The notes below the pieces were generated by a model, which saw only the letters and a list, made by a program, of their open reading frames with translations, was not told the origin of the DNA and did no database searches. From assembly GCA_965112735.1 (NCBI GenBank), contig OZ218953.1, forward strand, positions 2,356,001-2,420,000: DNA of 64,000 nt, written 5' to 3'. Every line of letters starts with the position of its first letter. Within the stretch, counting starts at the first letter, position 1. This DNA is from Phaeosaccion multiseriatum. Its lineage: Eukaryota; Protista; Ochrophyta, other classes. This document shows positions 43,017-56,900 of this stretch, piece by piece. A program made the position numbers and the translations under genes.

Positions 43017-45354
43017 TGGTGTGGTGCGTTTGTGTGTGTTTGTGTTCAAGTGCGTGTATTTGTGCGTGTGTGTAAGTGTGTGTGTATGTGTGTTTGAGCG
43101 TGTGTGTATGTGTGCGTGTGTTTGAGTGTGTGTGTGTGCGTGTGTTTGAGTGTGTGTGTGTATAAGTGTGTATGTGTGCGTGCGTTTGTGTGTGTGTGTG
43201 TGCGTGTGTTTGTGTGTGTATATGTGTGTGTGTTTGAGTGTATGTGTGCGTGTGTGTGTGCGTGTGTGTGTGCATATGCATGTGTGCGTGCATGTGTGTG
43301 TGCGGAGGCGCCGTGTAATGGTAAGAGGCCAGGGGGGAGGCACCAGGGGGATAAACATCCAGGGGTGGGGTGGGGGAGGACTTGAAGGCGGAGATCGAGG
43401 GGGAGGGCTGGCTCAGAAGGACGCCCGCAACCACACAGCCAACCACTCCACACACACCAGCACCAGCAGTTTCGCATTCAGGCACCCGTGCACTCCGCGA
43501 GCCCACGCACGCACCCACACACGCACCCGTCGACCTCCTTCATCTCCTTCAGCAGCTCCAGGGCTGCCTCTCCGTCCCCGCTCTTGAGACAGGCCGAGAT
43601 GGCACCCGAATAGGTGAAGGCGTCGGGAGGGACTCCGACCCGGCGCATGCGATGCAGCAGAGCCACAGCGGCTTTGGATACGCCGCCCTTGTTGCACGCC
43701 CCGATGGCGCTGTTGAACGAGTAGGCATCGGGTGTGAAGCCCTGGTGGGGAGGGGAGGGCAGAGAATTAGAGTGACACGGGGAGGGGCGGGGAGAGGAGA
43801 AGGAGGAGGAGGAGGAGGAGGAGGAGGAGGAGGAGGAGGAAGAGGAAGAGAAGGAGGAGGAGGAGGAGGAGGAGGAGGAGGAGGAGGAGGAGGAGGAGGA
43901 GGAGGAGGAGGAGGAGGAGGAGGAGGAGGAGGAGGAGGAGGAGGAGGAGGAGGAGGAGGAGGAGGAGGAGGAGGAGGAGGAGGAGGAGGAGGAGGAGGAG
44001 GAGGAGGAGGAGGAGGAGGAGGAGGAGGAGGAGGAGGAGGAGGAGGAGGAGGAGGAGGAGGAGGAGGAGGAGAGTGTGTGGCAATGCGCTGTAGCAGCAG
44101 AGGTAGATGGGACGCCTGGTGTACATTACAGACAGAGGAATAGGAACAGCAGTGGAGAAGGCAGGTAACGGCAGTCTACCACCACACACCCCCAACCAAC
44201 CAACCACCCAGCACACCAACCAATCAAGGAGGGAGGGGTCAGACTCAAACACTCACTCATTGCTCAATCGCTCACTCAGTCACTCAATCACTCACTCAGT
44301 CACTCAGTCACTCACTCACCTCCTTAGTGATCTCTGAGAGAAGATACAAGGCGAGGGCCCAGTTACCGTCGTTGGCGCACGCGTGTATGGCGGTGTTGTA
44401 GGAGCGCAGGTTGGGGGCCACACACACCTTCACGCGATCTCCCCCGGCCCAAGTCCAGTCCTCCTCCTCCTCCTCCTCCTGCTCCTCTTGCTGCTGTATC
44501 ACCAACTGCTGCTGCTGCTCATCAAAGGCTGCACGAATAGGATTGAGTCCACCCGGCAGATCCCCCTCGGGTTGCCCATATGCCCGCTTGGCTCTGTCAG
44601 GCATATGGGCCTGCATGTCCTTGACGAGTGCGAGGGCTTGGTCTGCTTCCCCTGCCGCTGCGAAGGCCCCGAGCATAGCGTTGTACATTTCGATGCCCAC
44701 GGTTATGTCCCTGGGCGGGGGGGAGGGGAGGGGAGGGGAGGGGAGGATGGCAGTTGACGGGAAAGGAGAGAAGAAGAGGGATGGGGCGGCGGGGGGAGGG
44801 GAGTGAGTCTTGGGGGACAATGCACACCACAAACACCCTCTAACACACACACACGCACACACCTTCTGTGGTGCGCTTCGACGAAGAATCCGACGGAGCG
44901 CTTCCAATCTCCGAACTTTCCGCACACTTTGATAAGGGTGGTGTACGTCATCTCCGATGGGACCACGCCCTGGGGGAGGTGTATGGGCATGCAAGCGCAT
45001 GGGCGGGACGGGTGAGTAGCGCACACGCGTAAGGATAAAGTAAAGTGGGGGTAGTCGCAGTCGCTCTCCCTCTCCCCCTCTCTCTCTCTCGCACATATGG
45101 ACAGGTAGCTGCGCAGCTCTGCTCGGAAACAATTCCCTGCCCGTCCAACAGACGCACACACACATACAAAAACACACACGCACACACACACATGCACACA
45201 CACACACACCTGCTTGTTCATGCGGCTGAGCATAAGCGAGATCTGCGCACGGCTTGGGCAGGCCCGGAGGATAGAGGTGTACGTCACCACATCTGAGGCA
45301 TATGGGTACATAGATAGGCAGATAGACAGACGACAGACAGACAGACAGATAGGC

Positions 45355-45431
<77 letters not shown>

Positions 45432-46225
45432 CACAGACACACAGACGGACAGACACACACATAGACAGACACACACACAGACGGACAGACACACACATAG
45501 ACAGACACATAGAGAGACAGACGGAGGTATACGGGCAGCCAAGAAGCACATTGAGGTGGGGAACGGACAGAGCTCGCGCATCGGCAGTGGCGCAAGCAAT
45601 GACGCAAGAAATGACGTATGGAAAGATTCAAGCAATGATGTGACAAAATGAGAGAAGGAATGATGTATCGTAGAGAATAATGAGACGCACCTGGAAGGCC
45701 CGCGTCTGCCGCCGCCGCCGCCGCCGCAGTACTCCCCCGGGGGTGCGCTGGACCCGCCACACGTAAGGCCTCCATTTCGTTGACGAGGGCAAGCGCCTTG
45801 GGGTACTGGCCCACACGCGCCCACGCGGACACCACAGCGTTGTACGAGTACGTGTTGGGCTGCATGGGCAGGTATACGGGCATGGGTAGGTACATGGACA
45901 GGCATATGGGTAGGGAAATCGGCGTTACCACCCACAGGAAGGAAGGAAAGAAGAGACGGGGACAAGAAGGAAAGAAGGAAGAGACGGAGGCCTTCAAAAC
46001 TACGAAAGAGTACAGCGTGAGACTCAAGACAGACAGACGGACGGACCGAGAGAAAGACAGGTAGACAGACAGGCAGACAGAGAGACAGACAGACAGACAG
46101 ACAGACAGCAGACAGCAGACAGCAGACAGACAGACAGACAGACAGACAGATAGACAGACAGCAGACAGCAGACAGACAGGCAGAGACAGGCAGACCAGAC
46201 AGACAGACAGACAGACTGACAGACT

Positions 46226-46283
<58 letters not shown>

Positions 46284-46788
46284 TAGATGGACGCACCCTG
46301 ACGCCATACTCGCTCTCCATGGAGCTCAGGAGGTCGTTGGCGGCCTGCGTCTGCCTGGCCCGTCCGTATGCGCCAATCACCGCCGTGAGGGAGTGCACAT
46401 CGGGACTCGCCCCCGCCTGAGCACAAAATTTATTAAGCACAGTGCACCGCGTGTGCCAAACGGCCAAGACAAGGGGTAGAGAGAAGGTGTAGGGAGAGCG
46501 CAGAGTAGAGGCAGGGAGCGAGAGAGAGAGAAGGGGAGAGACGGAGGGGGCAGACAAGACGAAGAGAGCAGAGGAGAGCGGAGCAGAGCGATTGAAAGCA
46601 GGGAGAGGGAGGAGGAGGAGGAGGAGGAGGAGGAGGGGGAGGGGACAGAAAGGGATGGAAAAGGCGAGGCAAGGCCATGGGGGCGGAGAGGCTGTCGATC
46701 GACCATTCCATTGACACCATCCAAGCAGTCCGTAGGTTGTTTTGAAAGTCTGTGAGTCCCACCCGTGCCCACTCCTGCCCCCCCTGCT

Positions 46789-46823
<35 letters not shown>

Positions 46824-46958
46824 CCTGCACCATCCGATCCAGTGTGGCCATGGCTTGTTGGGCCTCCCCCGCCCTCGCGCACGCCTTGATCACCGCCGTG
46901 TAGCAAAGCGCCGTGTCGGAGCCCTGCCACTGCTCGTCCTCTTGCCGCTGTATCACCA

Positions 46959-47002
<44 letters not shown>

Positions 47003-47542
47003 GAGAAGGGCATCCTGCTGCTGCTGGTGCTGCTACTCCAGCTGCCATACTCGCCCTCATTCCCACCCTTCCCATCCCCGACGAGGGACGGCCCGAGGGC
47101 GCGTGCGTGGGCGCGTGCCCGTGCCCGTGCATACGCCTCCGTCTCCACCTCCATGTCATCCAGCAGCGCCTCCGCGACCCTCCACTGCCCTCTGTGCGCA
47201 GGACCCTGCATGACCAAGGCGTAGCAGCGAGGCCCCGGGTTCAAACCCCTTGCGCGCATGTCCTTCAAGAGGAACCCCATGACCCCCTGCTCTGCCTCGC
47301 CGCCACCCCCTGCATGTGCGAGAGTTGCGAGGACGGGCCCGAAGCAGTCGAGGTCGGGTGGCGGGGCTGAGGGATCGTCCTCCATCTCGCGCAGCAGAGC
47401 AAGCGCTTTCCGCCCCAGCTGTTGAGAGAGGGAGAGGGAGGGGCGGGGGTGGGGGGGAGGGTGAGAGGTAGGCAGGAGATAAGAGCAGGAGACAGGCGGG
47501 GCGTCAGTGGCCCTGCGGGAAAGGGTCGCGAAAAGGGTCGCG

Positions 47543-47606
<64 letters not shown>

Positions 47607-50146
47607 GTGCGTGTGTGTGTGTGTGTGCGAGCAGCTGGGTGGTGAATATCATCGACAGAGCAAAGGCATCACTTTGTACTTTGTGCATCATTGCCCGAGA
47701 GAGAAGGAGCCTTCCATCTCCACAGCCCACAGTCCCAAGGCTGCCGTAGGCTGCCATGTACATACACACACACACACACACACCCCGCCTCACCCCTACC
47801 CCCTCTCCGCTCACCTCCTTGGCTTGTGGGGCCTGTCTAGGCCGCTTTCTCGCTCCTCTGAGACACGCCTGGAAAGCCGCGGAGTAGGCGTGGGCCACGC
47901 TAGAGGGGGGGCGGCCGCTCAGCTGAGGCAGGCAGGGGAGGGAGGGGCGGGGGGGTGGGCGGTTGGTGAGCGGTTGGTGAGCGGTTCGCAGCAGGGCAGG
48001 GGATGAGCGGATGGCAGCAGAAGAGCATCGAGAGGTGGGGATTCTCGGCCGTGTGAGTCGGGGGCGGGCAAGAGACGCGTGAGAGTGCTGAGATGTGTAA
48101 GCAAGTGGGGGAGGGAGTGCGCTGTACTTAGAAGGGTAGTTAGTGTATATGCATAGAGCGCATGTGAGGACTGACTGTCACGGACTGTCACTGACTGTCA
48201 CTGACTGTCACTGACTGTCACGGGTTCGAGCGAGGGATGCGCCATCGAAGCGAAAGAATGATCAAAAAGGAAACAGAGGTGTGAAAAGCAAGCAAGACGG
48301 CCGCTCGACCCATCGAGAGGAAAAGGCCTGCAGGTACCATCTCATGAAGAGTCATCTCTCTACCTACCTACTCTCTCTCTATCTACCCATCTACCTAGCT
48401 CTATCTACGTATTTACCTATCTCTACCTATCTACCTATCTCTCTCTACGTATCTACCTATCTCTCTCTACTTATCTTCCTATCTCTCTCTATCTGCCCAT
48501 ATACCTATCTCTCTACCTATCTCTCTACCTATCTCTCTCTCTCTACCCATCTACCTATCTCTCTCTACCTATATCTCTCTCTACCCACCTATCTCTCTCT
48601 ATCCATCCATCTATCCATCTACCCATCTACCTGTCCCTCTCCATCTATCTATTTTCTCACCTTCAGTTGATGCAGCAGCATAAGGGCGAGGTCAACATCC
48701 GGCCGGGACGCGGCGGCGCTCATGACGGCGTGGAAACCCTCCTCTGTGAGCGTGACTCCATCCCGTGTGAGGGCCTCCATCATACGCCTTGCCTCCTCTC
48801 CTCGGCCCACCTGTTAGAGCGGGTGGTGGTGTGTGTGTGTGGAGGGGTTCCAAGCGGGGATGTCGGAGTAAGGGGGGGGGGGGGGAGGGAGGGAGGGGGG
48901 GGAGAGGACGAGGAGGAGAGCGAACCGCCCCCATCACAAGAGGGGAGGGAGGAGGGTGGGGAGGGAGAGGGAGGGAGGGTCTTGAACGAGCTCCTGAGGC
49001 TGACTGACTGGGGCTGAGCATGAGCCCGACCTTCCATTTATCGAACGTTTGGAGTCCCTTTGGTGTGCTGTAACGGCACCACTTGGAGAAAGCACAGAAA
49101 AGCTTCGACGCTTTCGGTATCGATTCCAATTTCTGGAGTTCCGATATTGAGAAGGTCACATCCCACTGAAAACTGAAAACTGTGCCGCCACCACACGTCG
49201 TACCTCGGTACAGAGTTTGATGGCGGAGGCGAAGCTGTGAGGACTCGGCACCAGGGGGGGCTCAGAGGCGCGGGCAAGGTCCACAAGTGCCACGACCGCT
49301 TGCGCCGCTTGCTCGGCCTGCAGTGGGGTCTCGCCGGTGCCGCTGGAGAGGAGCGAGCAGGGCGGAAGACAGAGCAAGGCGAAGGGATGGGAAGGGTGGT
49401 TGGTGAAGAGAGCAAGGCGGAAGGAACAAAGACCGCCAAGGTGGATGGATAGCACGGGTGGTGGGAGGGTGCGGCAGCCAGGAGGGTAGGTGTGAGTTGG
49501 CTGCAAAGCAACAGAAGGGAAAGTGCGCAGACGCAGACCCAGCATACGCCATATGTGTGTGTATGAGTGTGTATGTATGTGTATATGCATGCGTATGTGT
49601 GTGTGTGTGTGTAGTTCGCATGTGCGTCCTGTCCCTGCTCACCCGCGGCTCTGCGACGCGATGAGTGAGTCAATGTCTCGGACACCTCCCTCCTCACCAC
49701 CAGTTTCAATTCCAATTCCCTGCATTTGTCGAATCAACAGCAGCCCTGTCCAACAGAGGAGAGGTGCAGAGGGGAGCAAGTGGAGGAGCCACACGGCAGG
49801 AGGGAGGCTGGAGATTGGTGTGTAGGAGGGCAAGTCGAGAAGCATGAGCAGGTACAACATGCTGACAAGAGAGGCCCACACCCGAAGGAAGGACGGCAAA
49901 CAAGGCAGAGGAGGCTCTACGCAACAAGAGGTGGCCCGCAGCGTGTTGCCCACTCGAAACATACACACACAAGAGAAGGAGACACGGCGGGGGGCGTGGA
50001 GGGACGGGGAGGGAGCGGGGGAGAGAGAGCAAGCGGCACACAGAGAGAGAAAGAGAAAGAGAAAGAGAAAGCGGCAGAAAGAGAAGAGGGCGAACGAGAG
50101 AAAGAGCGGCAGAAAGAGAAGAGGGCGGACGAGAGAAAGAGGGCGC

Positions 50147-50206
<60 letters not shown>

Positions 50207-51287
50207 AACAGACACGCACACGCGCACGCGCACGCACTCACCCTCTACTGGCCGCCCCCCCACCGCGCAAGCCACTGCCCCTGCCTCTAGACACACCCTG
50301 GAGAGCGCCACTCCCCGCCTCTGTGCAGCCCTCACCACCTCGACCACCGCCTCCCAGTGACTGCCATCTGTGAAGCCCAACAGGGCGGCTTCGTACAGCA
50401 GCGCACCAGGGGGTGCCGGTGAGGGGGGTGGTGCTATTCGACCAGCTTGATGTGCGGCTTGAGGTGTGTTGTTGTTTGTGGACATGGCTTCTCGCACGAG
50501 ACGCTTCACCGCTTCCAAGTCCCCTCTGCGCCGAGCGGAGGGGCGCAGGGCGGGAGGGTGGGGAGGGGGAGGAGGAGGAGGAGGAGGAGGAGGAGGAGGA
50601 GGAGGAGGAGGAGGAGGGAGAGGAGGAGGAGGAGGAGGAGGAGGAGGAGGAGGAGGAGGAGGAGGAGGAGGAGGATGAGGATGAGGAGGAGGAGGAGGAG
50701 GAGGAGGAGGAGGAGGAGGAGGAGGAGGAGGAGGAGGAGGAGGAGGAGGAGGAGGAGGAGGAGGAGGAGGAGGAGGAGGAGGAGGAGGAGGGCACACAGA
50801 GACAGACAGAGAGAGATGGAGGGAGGGAGGGGACTGAGAAGGAAGGCGCCATGTCCTGCTTCTTGTACTCTGCGGTTCTGCCGCTTGGATTGAATGAAGT
50901 AAATGAATGAATAAATGATACAAGCCAACGCCAGTGCACTCTTACTGACCCCTCCCCCCCCCCCGTCCTCCACCGCCACCAATGCACTCCAATGAGCTTC
51001 AGAGACAAAGAAACAAAGCAATGTGTACGACCGTCGCAAAAGACGAAGAACCTGTCACTCACTCACTCACTCACTCGCTCACTCTCTCACTCACTCACGC
51101 ACTCTCTCACTCACTCCCTCACTCACTCACCCACTCATTCACCCACTCACTCACCTGACTGCGTGTGCCCTGACTGCAGCGGCGTATGTCCTGTCGTGGA
51201 GGACCATCCCTTGTCCGCGCATGCCCGCCACGACCTGCGCCACAGTGCCCCACTCACGCGCACGGGAGAAGGCAGCCTATGGTACAC

Positions 51288-51318
<31 letters not shown>

Positions 51319-51381
51319 TAGACGGACAGACACACAGACAGACAGATAGACACATAGACACACAGACACACAGACACACAC

Positions 51382-51447
<66 letters not shown>

Positions 51448-52795
51448 GAGGAGCACGGAGGGTCCACAGTCAATCAACAGAGCAAGGGCAGACAGGGAAG
51501 GCACTAGATGGCAATATACAGGTCCGTGCAGGGGACACGCGCGCACTCACCACGATGTAGTTCTTGGCCAAGCTGCTCATGCGGTCGCTCTCGGGATTTG
51601 GTGATATGATGCAGGACCACAGATGGCGCACTTGACGCTGGACACATCATTTGGGCAGTGGGGCAGGGGGTGGGAGGAAGAGGGGGTTAGCAAGGTGACG
51701 CTGAGGTGCAAGGAGTCATACACACATAGTTTGTGAGGTAGCGAGAGGAGGCCAGAGAGAGAAAGAGGGAAGGAGAGAGGGGGATAGAGAGGGGAGGAGA
51801 GAGAGAGGGGACAGAGATAAGAGCGAGAGAGAAGAGAGAGATACAGAGAGAAAGACAGGCAAGAGAGAGGGCCACGAAGGGGAACTGCATGCCACCTGTC
51901 TCCTTCCCTCCCGTCCCCCTCTCGTCCTGCTCGGCATCATTCCTTCCTCCTCCCCTCTCTTACCCAGTCGGAGCACTTGGCGCATGCGATGATGGCGGTG
52001 TTGAAGCACACCGCGTCAGCCTGGCCTACCCTAGTCCGACTGCGCACCGCAGCCTCGAGCAAGCCCGTCACTCGCTCAACGCGTTGGCAGCGCATGCAAG
52101 CGGACAGGATGGCGTTGATAGCCATGGCATTCGCTTGCAGACCCTCCGTGCTCTGCGGGGGGGTGGGGGAGGGGGGGGGTGAGAGAAAAAAGAGAGAGTG
52201 TGTGTGTACTTGCATGTATGTACGTGAGAGAGCTCTCGCCCACAAGGCCAACGGGAGCACACAGCTTACCCCCACCCACCACTACACACGCACGCACGCA
52301 CGCACGCACCTGCAGCTCTTCCCAGAAGCTCATGGCCAGGGCGTACTGCTGAGCGTGGCCGCACAAGCCCAGCATGGCCGTGTACACCACCACGTTCGGC
52401 TGCACGCCTCGCACCTGCATGTCCTCCCACAGCTCCAGAGCCTCCCTCCAGGGCACGCCCCCGCCCTCTCCCTCTCCCTCGGCAGCAGCACGGCTGCGGC
52501 CACCTTGGTATCGAGCTTCTGTTCCTCCTACTTGTTGCTGTCTGTCAGCACCATTACTGCTGGTGTTGGCTCTGCTTCTCCCTCTCCCCCTGCTCAGTGC
52601 GGTAATGGCGGCGCTGTAGATGTATACACTGGGGGGGGTGGCTTGTGTTGAGTGCAGACTGAGGACCAAGCGATGCACTTCTCGCCAGTCGCCCCTCGTG
52701 CCTAGCGCTTTGATGTGAGCGCCCAGGGCCTTTGCGTCCTCCAGCCGCGAGGGATCGTTGACTACGGGCCCTTGGCCACTGGCGTTTCGCCCCAA

Positions 52796-52826
<31 letters not shown>

Positions 52827-53442
52827 CTGGGCCTGCTCCTGGTCATTGTGCTGCATTGTCGTACAGTGTGTGTACAGAGCAGGAGGGGGAGGGACATGAA
52901 AAAGTTAAAGAGGTTGGTGGAGGGTAGAGGAGGAGGAAGGGCGTGGAAGAGTCACAGGTCACAATACAACAACAATCGACTTACCCTCTGCGTGGTTCTG
53001 CCTCTTCTTTTCTCATGCTTTCCTCCTCCTGTCCCCAAAGAAAAGTTTGACCTTGCCGCCCCCTCCTTATTCTTCCTGCGCTCCCCGAGGCTTCTCTTTG
53101 CTCCATCCCGAGCTTCCTGTGCACACCATCCCCTCCTTTCATCACGAGAGCTCTTTTCCTCCCCCGCCCTGTCGCTCGCTGGTCGCCGGCCTTCCATCCT
53201 TGACCCTCTCCCCCTCTTCCGGTGTCATTCTCTCCACTTAAGGCGCCACAAGGGCGACGTGGTGCTCTAGTATAACTACCGCTGTTACATAATCGGCCCG
53301 GAGCTGTTCCGTACACACAATCTGGCACGGGTGCTCCTCTTCCTCCTTTCCCCCCTACTTCTGAGAGGCATTGCACAGCCCCAGGTGTCTGGACTATGCG
53401 ACTCCCCAGGCCACCTTGGATGAAGGCAGTGCCATCAATCAT
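40540..53442 (-). CDS. Large pentatricopeptide-repeat (PPR) protein, many exons; 5' end uncertain
   Basis: Repeated PPR motifs in minus-strand exons: [124 protein letters not shown]. Confidence 0.88.
42408..42517. repeat. 16-bp tandem repeat (CTGTTATCGAAGCATT)n, intronic
   Basis: About 6 direct copies. Confidence 0.9.
43797..44072. repeat. (GGA)n intronic trinucleotide tract
   Basis: About 90 units; similar tracts at 9272-9353 and 50568-50790. Confidence 0.97.
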
Positions 53443-53940
53443 GGCTCTGCAAAAGAGGAAAGCCCCCTCTTTTGCTTAGATTTAGATTGTAATTGCCTCT
53501 CTACGAACTTAACGTGTTGGCTATACGGATTCACATGTCGTAGTGCCTAGCTTCAGTTTCAGTTTCAGCTTAGTTAATTTTCCAGAGGGTGCGGACGCTC
53601 CAGACCGACCCCGCTCTTGCAATAAGCTCGGGGCGGTGAGTACGGAGACTGAGGTGGATAGAACCCTCTACGTCCTAGTTGGTGCTTCCCGACATGCATA
53701 CTGGCTACAACTGAAGCTCGCACCATTTCCTATTGAAGTCAATAAACAAGCTCGTTTGACGCTCGTTTTGAGCTATTTGCGATAGCTGCACTATCTTCAA
53801 GTCAATAGCTGATAGTGTGCCGTGTGCCGTGTGGCCTCGGCAATAGCAATAGCTCAACGGCGTGTCAGGGGTCGATCTGAAGCTCTACACCAGAACCCTT
53901 TCTTTTAAATTTAAAAGCGCGGCAGCAGATTCACGCTTCA

Positions 53941-56900
53941 CTAGCTGTGGGTCACCACTACTTTGTTCCCTCGTCGCTCTCCCTCGCCCGAGGACCTAAA
54001 CAGGGACTGAAGCGACTGAAGCGCGCCTTTGACGAACCCCGCTGTGGAAGATGACGACGCCTGCTTCTTACGCTGCTTCAAGTGATACATAAAGTTTTCG
54101 ACACTCGCGGCTCTGAGGTTCGCCTCCTCCGCTCCCCCCTCTAGCAAGCCCTTGACGAAGTCGTGCTCCATGTTGTCGAGAATATCCAGGGAGTCGCATT
54201 GTTCACGCACGAGAAGTTCCACCACGGCGTCGATTCTGTTGCCGCTAAACTTAACCTCCTGCAGCCACCGCCGAATGTCCTGACCTTCCTCCTGATCTTC
54301 CTCCTGCACCGCGGTCGAAGCCCCTGTCTTCGCGTGGTGACTGTGCTCCTCCTGTGGCCTTTTGACGGCGGCTTCCGGCAGGACCACTCCTTGTGCTGCT
54401 GCGGCCGATGGGGAGGAGGATGGTGGCGCTGCCTGCTGCTGCCCACCTCCTCCCCCTACACTCCTGTCAGCCTCGTTGGCGGCCGTGGGGGGAGTATTCA
54501 TGCCCGTCGCTTGACCGCCTGCCTCTGCGCCTTCGTGCGTCCTCTCCCACTCTTCCTTGTTCTCTTTCCTCACCCACGCCCACGCGTCATCAGTGCTTCC
54601 CTTCACAAGCACCATTCGCTTCCCGTGATGATCCTCATCGGCCTTGTCCACCAGGGTCACCTTCGCCTTGAGGAACGCCAGATAGGCCTCGTATGCGGGC
54701 CCGAAGTCGACATCCTTGCGGGAAAATACTCCCTTCTGCTGCTGCTGGTCTCCTCCATCGCCCTCCCCGTCCGGAGTGGCGTTGATCGCTCGCATTTCCT
54801 CTCGCATAAAGTCGTCTAGCGAGTCATCCGCATACTCTGAAACGAAATCGATGCCCTCCTTCATCCCGTCGCGCATTTCATCCACGGCATTGTCGCTCAG
54901 AGCCTCAAAGAGTCCGTCAACAGGCAGATCAGTGCCCACCGCAATCTTGGTGGCGACTTTGAGGGCCATAAGCGACAGCTTCAGGATGGGTGCGGCCGTC
55001 TTGACCCAGTCTTTGGGCATGGGAACCTCGTAGCCCTTCCCGTCTGGCCCAGTGGGCACCACACTAAGGTCGTGTGCGCACAGGAAGAAGAGGCGGTACC
55101 TCCTCATCACAGTCCCTTTGGCCCAATCCCACGCTCGCTTTTGGAAGAGGTCGAAGCCCTTGCGGTTGTTGCCACTAGGAGTTGTTTTGCTTCCCTCGGG
55201 GAGAAGGACCGCGAGGGCAGGGCAGGGCATGTCCTTTACGCGGATGAAGCTCTCGATGCCCCGGGTCGCCTTCACGATCCTGTCCACCTTACTCTCGATG
55301 ACGTCCAGACGCTCATCCATGTGCTGCTGGAGGGAGTACAGGGCGGCCTTCATGTTGCCCTTGGCCACGCCGGGCAGCTCTTGCCTAAAGTCCAGCCCTG
55401 AGAAGTCCTTCTTCAGAACGCGAAGGATGCAGGGCCGCACCACTTCGTCTGACTTCCCATCGCACTGGCCTGCGTTCTCGCCGAGCACGCACCACTCTAT
55501 CACGGCGCCTCCTCCTCCTCCTCCTCCTTTGATACCGCTGTTGCTACCGGCCTTGCTGTTTCGGCGCTGGTGGACTTCGTTCCGATACGTGTTGTTGAAA
55601 CTGATGGCGCTGGTGGCGGTGGTGCCACCGCCCCCGATGCTCCCCTTGGAGTGGTAGACGAGTACCCTTTCTGCACCCCAAAAGAGCACCACCCCATAGC
55701 GCCAGCACAAGATCACCCGACAAGAGCCTTTGGCTGCGGCACTGTCGCGCTTGGCATCCCTCATACACGCCGCCACGATGCGAGGCATGAGGCCCGGTGG
55801 GACGAACGGCTGGCCGGGCAATGTAATGGCGCATCGGGTCATTTTCTGCCCGTCAGAGAGGTCAAAAGCATGTTTAAGGCGCTCTTTATCCACCCACGTC
55901 TCGAGCAAGTACGGCACTCCGTATATTGGAGTCTTCCCTGCGCCCTCGCATCTCGTCTTCTCGGCCTCATCGTCTTGGGCATACAGGGCCCCACTCTCCA
56001 CGAGCCAACCGCGCATGAGCTGTCGCTTTTCCTGCGCATCGGGTTGCCCCTTCTTCAACTCTGAGAGGAGGCCCCTCTGAGCAACGAGAGGGGAAGGTTT
56101 CATCTCCTTCTGGTGAGTGGCGGCCCCAGTGCCTTGTGCTCCAATCGGGGTCCACGTCAGCCACAAAAAGTCCAGCACTTGCTCGTGAAGAATGCCATAG
56201 TCTTGCAGCTGGATAAACTGTTGCCACGTTTGCTCTGTCTGTGCCAGGCTCCACTGCCCTGCCCGTCGCAAGTACTTCTCGATCCGGGGCCTCCAGAAGT
56301 CCGTCCCCTCCGTCGTGATGCGGTGGTCTGCGATGGGCTTGAGAAGGTCAATGATCCTCTCCGGCTTGAGGTGCAGCACCCTCTCCTCGTTGGTAAACAG
56401 CATCGTTCCCTGCCGCTCCAGAAGATGCGCGGCTTGCAGCAAGACTTCCTCGGGAGTGCCCCCGCCTTTACTCTTTGTACCTCCCTCCGCAAGCATGGGG
56501 GACTCCTTCCCCAGAGACACGTTTGCCTCCTCAGTCTCCTTCAGCGTTTGCCACTCCTGCACCACCTCGCCCCACGCCACGAAGCTGCGGGTCACAGACT
56601 GCCCCACAAGGAAGTCCATGGCGTCACCCCAGCTCTTCGGTATAGACGCATCCACGCTGGGAAAGGCGGTCTTTCTGCCGTGCACAGCTCTCGTGAAGTG
56701 CATCAATGCCTCACCGATGCCACTCTCCTCCTTGCTGTCCACCAACACAGCGACTTGCTGGTCATTCGCGTAGTTAAGAACAGTCACGCCTGTACTCGTC
56801 ACGTTCTCCGCACCGACAGAGGAGCCCATTTCGTCGGCACTGTCCCCCTCCAGACGCTGCTGCTCCTGCTGAGAGCGGAGGCGGCTCTCCTCATTCTGCT

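Noticed and set aside
49038-49200. Lower-GC intronic segment in the PPR gene as a possible foreign insertion
   Set aside because: No TIR, TSD or recognisable translation in any frame.
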